The notes under the pieces are model-generated. The model had not been told where the DNA came from. It saw only the letters and a program-made list of their open reading frames with translations, and did not search any database. This document shows, piece by piece, positions 18,006 to 26,115 of a stretch of DNA of 64,000 bases. A program made the position numbers and the translations under genes. Source of the DNA: Bdellovibrionales bacterium (GTDB lineage: Bacteria > Bdellovibrionota > Bdellovibrionia > Bdellovibrionales > UBA1609); assembly GCA_027317865.1 (NCBI GenBank), contig DAHVQG010000006.1, positions 32,001 through 96,000 on the forward strand, read 5' to 3'. Every line of letters starts with the position of its first letter. Position 1 is the first letter of the stretch.

Positions 18006-19433
18006 TTAGGCTCCCTCTTGACTCGAGTCTTCGGGCCGGCCAAAAATTTTCAGTCGATAATGTTTAAAATAAAACATGACAATCGTGCCGAGTACAATAA
18101 GCAATGAGCCAATATATTTTGTTGCACGGCCTGGGTCTTTGTTTACGCTCAACACCGATGTCGTCGCCTTACCCTGGCCATTCTGCTGAAAACTTGCTTG
18201 ATAAAACGTGTAACCTTTGTATTTCAGCGGGTGATTCATATAAATTTTTACGTTGCCGACACCCGAAACATGCACGTAACTCTGATAAGATTTGGCGCGA
18301 TTTGTCCCCTGATAATGCCCAACCACAAACTTTAGCAGCTTAAAATTTATCCCCAGGTTCATCAACGAATGTCGATAGGTTATGTAGTAAACCGCATTGT
18401 TGTCGAAATATTGTATCGAATTATCAAGGCCGATCCAATGTTGTTGCCCGCCGATTTTAACGAGAACCGCCGAAGTTGTTATCGTGCTGGGTTCATTTTG
18501 TTTAACGTATACGACTCTTTGTTCGGCGTGGGGAAAATAACGAAGAACCCGTAATTTGAGCCCCATCCATCCCGTTTGAACGACCTGCGCGATATGAATA
18601 CGCCCCGACTTGGTTACGCCGCGGGCGGTTTCACTGTAGATCTGATAAGTTAAGACGGGATCGGAGGGGTTTTCGTGCGGCAAATCGCGCAATACAATTT
18701 TATTGCCACCTTTATAGACGAACTTCGCGTTTGGAGCGGCATAAACAATTTGCGCGGGCCCAAGATCGAATGTTTCGTACGGTACATTGAAGGGGCGATT
18801 CACCCATTGCGCAAAGTTCACCATCTGATTATTGAGCTCGACGCGAATCGCCGGGCCATCGTGTGGATCGTTCGATTCATCAACCCTGTTTTCAGCGTTC
18901 GCCCAATTATAATATTTCTCAACAACGAGTTTCGTGTGTCCAATCTTCCAGTCAATCGGGTATTTCGACGGGGGATGGAGCAAAAAATCAACAGGCTTGG
19001 ACTTAATAAGTACCGGTGAACTGTTAGCGAAAGCGGCAAATACCGCAAGTTCGCGCGAGGTAAGCTGAAGGTAACTATTTGTTTGCCCCTTATTTAGCGT
19101 CATTGTTCCGTCCACTCCCCAAACACGGGTAATGAGCGCACCGACGCACAACATGATGATTCCAATATGTACCAAAATAAATCCGAGGTGGTACCGCTTC
19201 CACGGATATCGATCGACAATCACGTTAAACAAACAAATACAAAGCAGCCCCAAGGTGAAATACATATAAGGAGAATGATAGACCATCTCTTGCGCATAAC
19301 GCGTGTTGTAGCGCGCTTGAAGGATGGTCCCCCACGCCGCTAAAACGGCTAATGCAATAATGATCGCAATAGCGAGTTGAAAAGAAGAAAAAATTTTGAC
19401 CGTTCGCTCAAGTAAATTTCGTTTTTGTTTCAT
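18006..19433 (-). CDS. ResB/CcsB-like cytochrome c biogenesis protein
   Basis: Three N-terminal TM helices with a conserved His (HIGII), a large periplasmic domain, MNHPLKYKGYTFYQASF...DPG and a C-terminal TM; adjacent to ccsA. Confidence 0.85.
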   Translation of the reverse strand: MKQKRNLLERTVKIFSSFQLAIAIIIALAVLAAWGTILQARYNTRYAQEMVYHSPYMYFTLGLLCICLFNVIVDRYPWKRYHLGFILVHIGIIMLCVGALITRVWGVDGTMTLNKGQTNSYLQLTSRELAVFAAFANSSPVLIKSKPVDFLLHPPSKYPIDWKIGHTKLVVEKYYNWANAENRVDESNDPHDGPAIRVELNNQMVNFAQWVNRPFNVPYETFDLGPAQIVYAAPNAKFVYKGGNKIVLRDLPHENPSDPVLTYQIYSETARGVTKSGRIHIAQVVQTGWMGLKLRVLRYFPHAEQRVVYVKQNEPSTITTSAVLVKIGGQQHWIGLDNSIQYFDNNAVYYITYRHSLMNLGINFKLLKFVVGHYQGTNRAKSYQSYVHVSGVGNVKIYMNHPLKYKGYTFYQASFQQNGQGKATTSVLSVNKDPGRATKYIGSLLIVLGTIVMFYFKHYRLKIFGRPEDSSQEGA

Positions 19434-19453
19434 TGCTCAGTCTCTGTTCGTTT

Positions 19454-20278
19454 TCAATTTTTGCTCGATGTTTTTTCGCTAATTTTTTCAATAATTGTCG
19501 CAAGCGCGCGAAAAACGCGCTTTTCAACGTCTATAAACAATTCGGGTTTCTTTTGTTTTGTCACTTCATTCATATAGACGGAACGATTCATTTCAACTTG
19601 CACAGTATGCTGACCCTTTTGTGGTTGCCCGTAAGTTTCGGTAATACGTCCGCCTTTATACGGCCAGTTGTATCCGACCTCAAACCCGGCTGACTTATAC
19701 GCCTCAATCACTACATCTTTAAACCAAGACTCACAGCTGACGCCGTCTTGATCGCTGACCACAATCTGCGGACGCGTTGCGCCCGGATCGCGATGGGCAG
19801 CGGTACCTTTTGACGGCATGCTGTGCGCGTCGATGTGATAAACGTTGCGAAAACCGGCTTTCTTCAACTCCGCAAATTGCTCTACTATTCTTTTATGAAA
19901 CGGCAAGTAGTATTGGTCGACAAGTTTGTCATGTAGTGCTTGCGGCATCGGTTCTTTTATGAGGCGCGCTCCGGTGGTCGTTTGAACCCAGTGAAAACCG
20001 GTTGTAAACTTGCCGCGCGGGTTTTTACTGCCCAGTACGGAATCTTCGTCGATATCGCCAGGCAGCCGGTTCGGATCCACAACATACCGGTGCACATCCG
20101 TAATAACGATAGGCAAACCTAATTTTTCCGCCGCGGGAGCATACAGTTGATCGACATAACGATCGACATCGCACATGAGCAGAGTTTCGGGCAGACCCTT
20201 AAGCCACACCACCTCATCGGGGACACGCTCCCCGGCATGTGGCACAGATAAAAAAAATGGAACCTTTGATATGTTCAT
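19454..20278 (-). CDS. N-formylglutamate amidohydrolase family protein
   Basis: SVPHAG, DRYVDQLY, RYVVDPNR, YYLPFH, IDAHSMPS, NWPYKGG and QVEMNR motifs. Confidence 0.9.
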   Translation of the reverse strand: MNISKVPFFLSVPHAGERVPDEVVWLKGLPETLLMCDVDRYVDQLYAPAAEKLGLPIVITDVHRYVVDPNRLPGDIDEDSVLGSKNPRGKFTTGFHWVQTTTGARLIKEPMPQALHDKLVDQYYLPFHKRIVEQFAELKKAGFRNVYHIDAHSMPSKGTAAHRDPGATRPQIVVSDQDGVSCESWFKDVVIEAYKSAGFEVGYNWPYKGGRITETYGQPQKGQHTVQVEMNRSVYMNEVTKQKKPELFIDVEKRVFRALATIIEKISEKTSSKN

Positions 20279-20373
20279 GCTCCGCGCGTCAGCAATAGTT
20301 CAGCTAACGCCTCCTCACGCTTTGAAGTTGGCTGCAATATATGTTCTACTGAGGTCAATGAGAACTAAAATTT

Positions 20374-20946
20374 ATGGTTCCTAAAATATACACAAAAACT
20401 GGCGACCGCGGTGAAACCGGAATTCTTGGCCGAGAGCGGCTTTCAAAAGGTGACCTGCGCCTTGATGCCTACGGTACTGTCGATGAATTAAACGCCGTGC
20501 TCGGAATGGTCATCGCAATTTTGCCGGCACAAATGGCCAAATTGTGTGACATTTTAGCCCAGGCCCAAAATCACCTTTTCGTCATCGGCAGCCACTTAGC
20601 ATGTGCCGATGACAAGCTGCGCGTCAGTCTACCAATTCTTGACCCTTCGCCTACGGAACAACTCGAACATCAAATCGACGAGATGACCCGCCAGCTCGCC
20701 GAATTGCGTGAATTTATTTTGCCCGGCGGTTCAACAATGGCCGCAACGTTACATTTTTGTCGAACTGTTTGCCGGCGGGCTGAACGCGAAGTGGTTCGAT
20801 TTTTCGATCAGATGGAAGACTCGATCGCTGCGGCCGAACGCGATATTATAATTTCGTACTTGAATCGCCTTGGCGATTATCTTTTTGTAGCGGCACGTTT
20901 TGCAAATTACACCTTCAATGTCAAAGAGAACACCTGGCAAAAATAA
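20374..20946 (+). CDS. pduO: ATP:cob(I)alamin adenosyltransferase, PduO type
   Basis: KIYTKTGDRGET, YGTVDELN, FILPGG, RTVCRRAER and YLNRLGDYLF motifs. Confidence 0.93.
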   Translation: MVPKIYTKTGDRGETGILGRERLSKGDLRLDAYGTVDELNAVLGMVIAILPAQMAKLCDILAQAQNHLFVIGSHLACADDKLRVSLPILDPSPTEQLEHQIDEMTRQLAELREFILPGGSTMAATLHFCRTVCRRAEREVVRFFDQMEDSIAAAERDIIISYLNRLGDYLFVAARFANYTFNVKENTWQK

Positions 20947-22059
20947 ATGAAACTTGAGCTTGCGACTGAGCGTGATAATGAACGGCTGATTCAGTATTTT
21001 GAACAAGCCACCATTCCTGGGCCGATCCGCTTGCGCATTCGGCGCATGACGAATTTTTTCAACCAATACCGGTTGCAGTCCGACGATATCGAGACCTACA
21101 TGCTCGTAAACGACAAAAATGATATCGAGGGTCTCGCGACACTCGTTTTTCGTGATGCCATTCTCGACGGTAACCGGCAAACCATTGCCTACGCGACAGA
21201 TCTGCGTGTTTCACCGACTCGCCGTGCCGTTCTCAGTTGGTCGCGCCATTTTTTGCCCGTAATCGAACGCGCCCGTGAATCGCGAAACTGCCACTATTTC
21301 TTTTCAGTGGTCGCAAGCTCGCAGCGACAAGCTTATAACGCCTTCATTCGCCCGCGCAATTTTCGCCGCCAATTGCCGCGCTACCATTTGTTCCGTCGCT
21401 TGCAACTCGTGAGCCTGCATGGGCTTTGGCCATTTCACCCCGCCCCCTTACCGGGCATTCGCATTCGTTCGGCAAGTCCTGGTGATCTTGGTGTTTTGAC
21501 CGACTATCTGGTTAAAAAATCAACGACGAAACCGCTACGTTATATGGCCACGGCCGATGATTTCGTAAAGAACCTGACGCGGTGGCAAGACCTCGACATC
21601 GCGAATTTTCTATTGGCATTTGATAAATCAAATAAGTTGATTGGGTGTGTCGCTCCGTGGAAGGCCGAGCGAATTCAACGCATCTACACCGCTGACTATG
21701 AGGCGAAGGCAAAAAACCTCCAAGATCTTTCGCGTGTCATGTCATGGCTGAGGATTGGCCATGCGCTGCCTTATGAGGGGCATGAACTGGAGACACGGTA
21801 TTTGACCCATTTGCACGCCGATAATCCCGACATTTTTTATTCACTGTTGTACAACGCCTATCACAATGCCGGGAAAAAGGAAGTTTTGGTCTACGCTCAT
21901 TTTGACGGCGATCTCATCACCATGCCGCCGCACTCGTTTTTGTCCGCATCACTCAATTTTGGACTTTACTGTATCTTGTCACCGCAAGATCCTATCCCCG
22001 ATTTTTTGCGCCCCAAAATTGTCAGTGTCCCGCCCGAGTTTGAACCGGCGTTTATTTAG
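20947..22059 (+). CDS. Hypothetical protein with probable tandem GNAT-like folds
   Basis: Two repeats of a GNAT-like start (LELATERDNERL; IRSASPGDLGVL) and motif-A-like YATDLRVSPTRR; starts right after the pduO stop (TAAATG). Confidence 0.55.
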   Translation: MKLELATERDNERLIQYFEQATIPGPIRLRIRRMTNFFNQYRLQSDDIETYMLVNDKNDIEGLATLVFRDAILDGNRQTIAYATDLRVSPTRRAVLSWSRHFLPVIERARESRNCHYFFSVVASSQRQAYNAFIRPRNFRRQLPRYHLFRRLQLVSLHGLWPFHPAPLPGIRIRSASPGDLGVLTDYLVKKSTTKPLRYMATADDFVKNLTRWQDLDIANFLLAFDKSNKLIGCVAPWKAERIQRIYTADYEAKAKNLQDLSRVMSWLRIGHALPYEGHELETRYLTHLHADNPDIFYSLLYNAYHNAGKKEVLVYAHFDGDLITMPPHSFLSASLNFGLYCILSPQDPIPDFLRPKIVSVPPEFEPAFI

Positions 22060-22079
22060 TACGTGCGTAAGTCGAAATA

Positions 22080-22676
22080 TTGAGGCACCATAATTTCACG
22101 GGGTTCGAAATGGACGTGCAACCTGCAATCAATTGGTACATAAATGGCCGCAACTCATCCGCCTCGCTTTATTTATCAATCACCCGTGACATGTTCCGCG
22201 AACGATTACGCAGATTGCGTACCGACCTCGAAAAGCAGAAATTTGACCTATCTTCTATTGCATTGGCTGTCGCTGTATGCGGCGAAATTGGCAACAACGC
22301 TTTCGATCACAATCTCGGCAAGTGGCAGGACCAACCGGGTTGTTGGTTTCAGCACGCGCAGGCCGACGCGACCCTTGAAGTTGTATTAGCCGATCGGGGT
22401 CAAGGAATTTTAAATTCATTGCACACCACTTTCCCAAACCTCTCAACGGAAGATCAGGCGCTATCTTTCGCATTTGAAAAGCGAGCATCGGGTCGCGCTC
22501 CCGAACGTCGCGGCAATGGATTAAAGTTTGTCAAAGCGCAGATTGAGGCAAGAACCGGCAGCTCTTTAATTGCCTTTTCGTCCGGGGCATCTTACAAAAT
22601 TGGCAAGAATTTAAGTTTTAATTTTTCACCGCCGTTGGGGATGGGCGTTTTTGTCTTTATAAGTTGGAAGCTATGA
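22080..22676 (+). CDS. Stand-alone GHKL/HATPase_c protein (anti-sigma-factor/Ser-kinase-like)
   Basis: N-box GEIGNNAFDH, G1 LADRGQGI, G2 RRGNGL; no His-phosphoacceptor or sensor domain. Start TTG 22080 or ATG 22110. Confidence 0.8.
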   Translation: MRHHNFTGFEMDVQPAINWYINGRNSSASLYLSITRDMFRERLRRLRTDLEKQKFDLSSIALAVAVCGEIGNNAFDHNLGKWQDQPGCWFQHAQADATLEVVLADRGQGILNSLHTTFPNLSTEDQALSFAFEKRASGRAPERRGNGLKFVKAQIEARTGSSLIAFSSGASYKIGKNLSFNFSPPLGMGVFVFISWKL

Positions 22677-22942
22677 AAACAACAATTCAAATTGGCAAAT
22701 TCGGCGAAGATCTCTTATCTCGACCAGAAGGGCGCGAAGCATTTCTCGTTATGCGTTCGTATCACATTCCAAAAAATTTTAATGGAACAGTTGAACTGAA
22801 TTTCGACGGAGTGAAGGTGATGACCCCTTCGTGGCTTGACGAAGTTGTCACAGGCCTCAAAAATGACATGCATGTCGAAGTGAAGTTTTTGCCGTCAAAT
22901 AATCCAACCGTCACGGAATCAATCAAAGCGATTAGCGAGTGA
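22673..22942 (+). CDS. Small STAS-like domain protein (DUF4325-like)
   Basis: LLSRPEG and VELNFDGVKVMTPSWLDE pattern; ATG 22673 overlaps the HATPase stop (ATGA). Confidence 0.8.
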   Translation: MKTTIQIGKFGEDLLSRPEGREAFLVMRSYHIPKNFNGTVELNFDGVKVMTPSWLDEVVTGLKNDMHVEVKFLPSNNPTVTESIKAISE

Positions 22943-22968
22943 CCAACGCTACGGGCCGCCGGCGGGCC

Positions 22969-23002
22969 AAAAAAATACGGCATGCGTTTTGTCCGCATGC
23001 CG
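22969..23002 (-). terminator. Rho-independent terminator downstream of the 23070-24341 gene
   Basis: Minus strand CGGCATGCG-GACAAAA-CGCATGCCG-TATTTTTTT: perfect 9-bp stem plus U tract. Confidence 0.8.
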
Positions 23003-23069
23003 CTCTCAACTTTCAAATTATTGCGGTACCATCGCTGTATAGGCTAACTCCCTCGCACGGCTAGTGGCC

Positions 23070-24341
23070 CTAAAACTCTCGGCAAGTCGCCGTGTAGGCA
23101 TCTTCGGGGAAGCCGTACAACGCTCCTTTGCCTCGCAGGTTTCGCGGCTCACCGCCGAGAGCTTCGTTATAACCTTGGTAGATATCGGGGCGAAAAAATT
23201 CAATGACACCTGTTTTATCACTCGCGGACGCCTCTTGGAATTCAACATCCAAATAAATACCATAGTATTTTGAACGGATCGGTATAGGTAAATGAAACGG
23301 AAATTCCGATCCATATCCACCATTATTTAGACTTAGCTTAGAAATTTTACTAGACTCACCAACATCGAATAGAAAATCGCTTAACTTTCCGCCAAAATTG
23401 CCTTTGCCACTATCGATTCCTTTTTGATTGACCACATACAGATTTTTCGGCATCGGGTAGGGCAAATCGTGCCAGTCAACGAGATATTCTTGTGGTTTCC
23501 AAAAGTATTCACCACCTTCGTCGATTGGTAACCCAGCGCGCACATGCGAAACAGGAACCATAATCGTCTCATTCCCGTCAGTGTGAAGGAGAAACTTGAA
23601 GCGATCCATTGGTTCATTTGGATATTTAGGGTCCGGGTGTTGCACGCAAATAAAGCTCTTTGTGAGCCGATGCGTAATCACCGGCGCGAGTGACTTCGTG
23701 CTAAACAGTAAGCCAACGATGAGCTGTGTTTCAACTGAATTTGTTTCGCCACTCCCCAGGCGCAGTATGCGGTAAATGGCCTCGTGCAATCGAAATCCCG
23801 CCTTATTGGTGTTATCCATATCGTTGTACCATTTCTTGGCGATATTCAGGACATCATTCGCATCATCGTACTCGCCGATCCCCACTCTCATGCAATCATT
23901 GCAGTCATAGGGTTGATCCGTATCGACTTCGGGTCGAATGGGGAGATTACGCATTATATTGTGCTGAGGATTCGCAAAAATATGCTGGTAGGACTGCCAA
24001 ATAGCCGCCGCGAAATCTGGGTTCACTGCGCGCATTTTGTTGATCGCATTTTTTACCTGAGCCAAAACCGGAAGTTTCGAGCGCGGTATGGTTAGTTTCT
24101 GCTTGAATGGTTCGAGCCCTTCTCGTGCTTCCCAGAACTCAAGCAGTGTTACATATGCTCCAGGATCGTCGTATCCGCCGTGTTGAGGGAAATGAAGCTC
24201 ACCCGTTCCGCCGCCGCCATCGCGACCAGCGAAGGCAACGCTGCTCATGCCAAAGATGCTGACGCCGAAAATTGTTAGGACTGTTAAAAGGCTCAACAGT
24301 ACGCGAGCCAACGGATGGATTTGTTTACTATTGGTTCCCAT
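23070..24341 (-). CDS. Secreted hypothetical protein with a Gly-rich mature N-terminus and a zincin-like HEAIY motif
   Basis: Signal peptide ending VAFA, then GRDGGGG; LLEFWE, CNDC, LHEAIYR...GETNS...IVGLLFS; AAAGGAGA SD. Confidence 0.75.
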   Translation of the reverse strand: MGTNSKQIHPLARVLLSLLTVLTIFGVSIFGMSSVAFAGRDGGGGTGELHFPQHGGYDDPGAYVTLLEFWEAREGLEPFKQKLTIPRSKLPVLAQVKNAINKMRAVNPDFAAAIWQSYQHIFANPQHNIMRNLPIRPEVDTDQPYDCNDCMRVGIGEYDDANDVLNIAKKWYNDMDNTNKAGFRLHEAIYRILRLGSGETNSVETQLIVGLLFSTKSLAPVITHRLTKSFICVQHPDPKYPNEPMDRFKFLLHTDGNETIMVPVSHVRAGLPIDEGGEYFWKPQEYLVDWHDLPYPMPKNLYVVNQKGIDSGKGNFGGKLSDFLFDVGESSKISKLSLNNGGYGSEFPFHLPIPIRSKYYGIYLDVEFQEASASDKTGVIEFFRPDIYQGYNEALGGEPRNLRGKGALYGFPEDAYTATCREF

Positions 24342-24364
24342 ATTTTTTCTCCTTTGTTATGGTT

Positions 24365-24380
24365 AGCAATTTCGAAGCCA
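24365..24380 (-). promoter_or_regulatory. Sigma54 (-24/-12) type promoter for the secreted protein gene
   Basis: TGGCTTCGAAATTGCT: GG-N10-GC spacing with TTGCT, 23 nt upstream of the ATG. Confidence 0.65.
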
Positions 24381-24411
24381 GTTTATGCATTGCGTTATTA
24401 TCCAGATAGAT

Positions 24412-24457
24412 TTATTAAGTTAATAATCAATAAAAATATTAGGTTATTAGCTAATAA
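24412..24457. promoter_or_regulatory. Two related AT-rich palindromes, candidate operator sites
   Basis: TTATTAA-G-TTAATAA (24412-24426) and TTATTAG-CTAATAA (24444-24457) between divergent genes. Confidence 0.5.
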
Positions 24458-24475
24458 ATTTGTTATCATATTAAA

Positions 24476-25291
24476 ATGACAGGAAATATTACTGTTTTTG
24501 AATTTACAAATTATAAGGGCTTTGTGTTGAAAAGGATTGCGCTAATGCCCAAACACGGGCATGGGCAGTTCCGTAAGATCGCCAATTTTCTCGGCATCAA
24601 CTCAGTCAACGTCACACAAATTTTTAGAGGCAGTCGCGAACTGACCGTGGAGCATGCGGTTCTGCTTTGCGAGTATTTCGGACTATCAGAAATTGAGGGT
24701 CATTATTTTGTTGGGCTTGTGGAGCTTGCCCGCGCCGGGCATTTCAAACTCAAACAAATGATTCAAAAGCGGCTCGATGAAATTCTTGAAAAATCGCAAA
24801 ATTTAAAGACTCGTCTTTCATCGCACGAAACATTGAGCGATGCAAACAAAGCGCTCTTTTATTCAAGTTGGTACAACTCTGCCATTCGCTTAGGGACTTC
24901 GATAAAAGACTTGCAGAACGCCGATGCGATCGCGAAACGATTCAATTTGCCTCTTTTAACCGTCAATCGCGTTATTGAATTTTTGCTACAAACAGGGCTT
25001 TGTAAATTAGAGCAAGGTCGACTTCGCATGGGGCCAAGCTCGACACATCTTGAAGCCAGCTCGCCGCTCATTGCTCGTCATCACACCAATTGGCGCATGA
25101 AAGCGATCGAAAAATTCGACACCCTTACATCGGATGAACTCTGTCTTTCAATGCCGTGTTCACTTTCGCAAACATCAGCGCAAGAAATTCGTCGGGAGCT
25201 TGTAACATTCATTGAGCACGTAACTGAAATCATAGATCGCGGCCCTGAGGAACAACTCCGCTGTCTCAATATCGACTGGTTTAAAATTTAA
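24476..25291 (+). CDS. TIGR02147/DUF4423-type putative transcriptional regulator
   Basis: N-terminal XRE-like HTH (FRKIANFLGINSVNVTQIFRGSRELT), FYSSWYNSAIRL, second HTH (IAKRFNLPLLTVNRVIEFL), HHTNWRMKA, C-terminal CLNIDWF. Recognised by pattern only. Confidence 0.8.
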   Translation: MTGNITVFEFTNYKGFVLKRIALMPKHGHGQFRKIANFLGINSVNVTQIFRGSRELTVEHAVLLCEYFGLSEIEGHYFVGLVELARAGHFKLKQMIQKRLDEILEKSQNLKTRLSSHETLSDANKALFYSSWYNSAIRLGTSIKDLQNADAIAKRFNLPLLTVNRVIEFLLQTGLCKLEQGRLRMGPSSTHLEASSPLIARHHTNWRMKAIEKFDTLTSDELCLSMPCSLSQTSAQEIRRELVTFIEHVTEIIDRGPEEQLRCLNIDWFKI

Positions 25292-25339
25292 TCAACGTGG
25301 CGCCTTTAGCATCTCAGCCAAAAACGCCGCGAGTGAAGA

Positions 25340-26062
25340 TTAGGCATTCGCCGTAGAAAATGCGCTGTGACGCATGTCACGCCAAAACCAACCCAGCATC
25401 GGATCGACATCGATCGATTCGACGATCTGCAACTCACGTGGTTCAAGCGCTTCAACAATGGACCGTTCTAATTGGCCCGGCCCGACATGGATCAGCTTTC
25501 TCACATCCTTCTCGTCAATGGCGTGCTCAATTGCAGCGAGCAGTTTCATCTCGGGGTCACATACCGGAATAAAATGTTCGTTGTCTTCAGTATCGACAAT
25601 TTCACGTTGAAAAGTCTGATAGCGTGGCAGTGCTTGACCATTCAATAGCGCAAGATTGGACATTTCGTCATCGTTCGGCAATTCAACGCCGGAATTGGCC
25701 ATAATGAATTGCGCGAGCGACTGGCGGCCGCACACGACGGTCAGAGCCGAATCATTTTGAATGTTCCCGATATAACATTCAGGGCTTCGAAAATGCCGCC
25801 GATAACGGTCGGCCAAAGCAATCTGAACAATAGATAAACATAGTTTCTTTAAAACGATATTGTTAAAAAATGTGGAATCATCCGAAGCCAAAAAAGTATG
25901 AAAGCTAAACGAATGGGCAAAACTGTCATGATTATAATGACGATCCCAAATTTGTTGAGCCTCTTGCAATTTCAAACTGACTTCTGGGATTCTCAAGACG
26001 CCTAGACGGACGTCGATAAAATCGAGCGAGTTGGCGCCCCCGAACACCAATGCTTCTTTCAT
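25340..26062 (-). CDS. Hypothetical protein, degenerate malonyl-CoA:ACP transacylase (FabD)-like
   Basis: ALVFGGANS, VQIALADRY, PECYIGN and LIHVGPG occur in the order of FabD FPGQGSQ / PxxxxGHS / ExGPG, but the catalytic GHS is absent. Confidence 0.5.
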   Translation of the reverse strand: MKEALVFGGANSLDFIDVRLGVLRIPEVSLKLQEAQQIWDRHYNHDSFAHSFSFHTFLASDDSTFFNNIVLKKLCLSIVQIALADRYRRHFRSPECYIGNIQNDSALTVVCGRQSLAQFIMANSGVELPNDDEMSNLALLNGQALPRYQTFQREIVDTEDNEHFIPVCDPEMKLLAAIEHAIDEKDVRKLIHVGPGQLERSIVEALEPRELQIVESIDVDPMLGWFWRDMRHSAFSTANA

Positions 26063-26115
26063 TGCCCCCCCTTTATTTTCTGCGTTTCCCCAAACGCGAG
26101 TTAAAACTGTTTAAC

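Noticed and set aside
22060-25339. Prophage, IS or integron explanation for the accessory patch
   Set aside because: No integrase, transposase, terminal inverted repeats, attC-like sites or tRNA target seen by eye.
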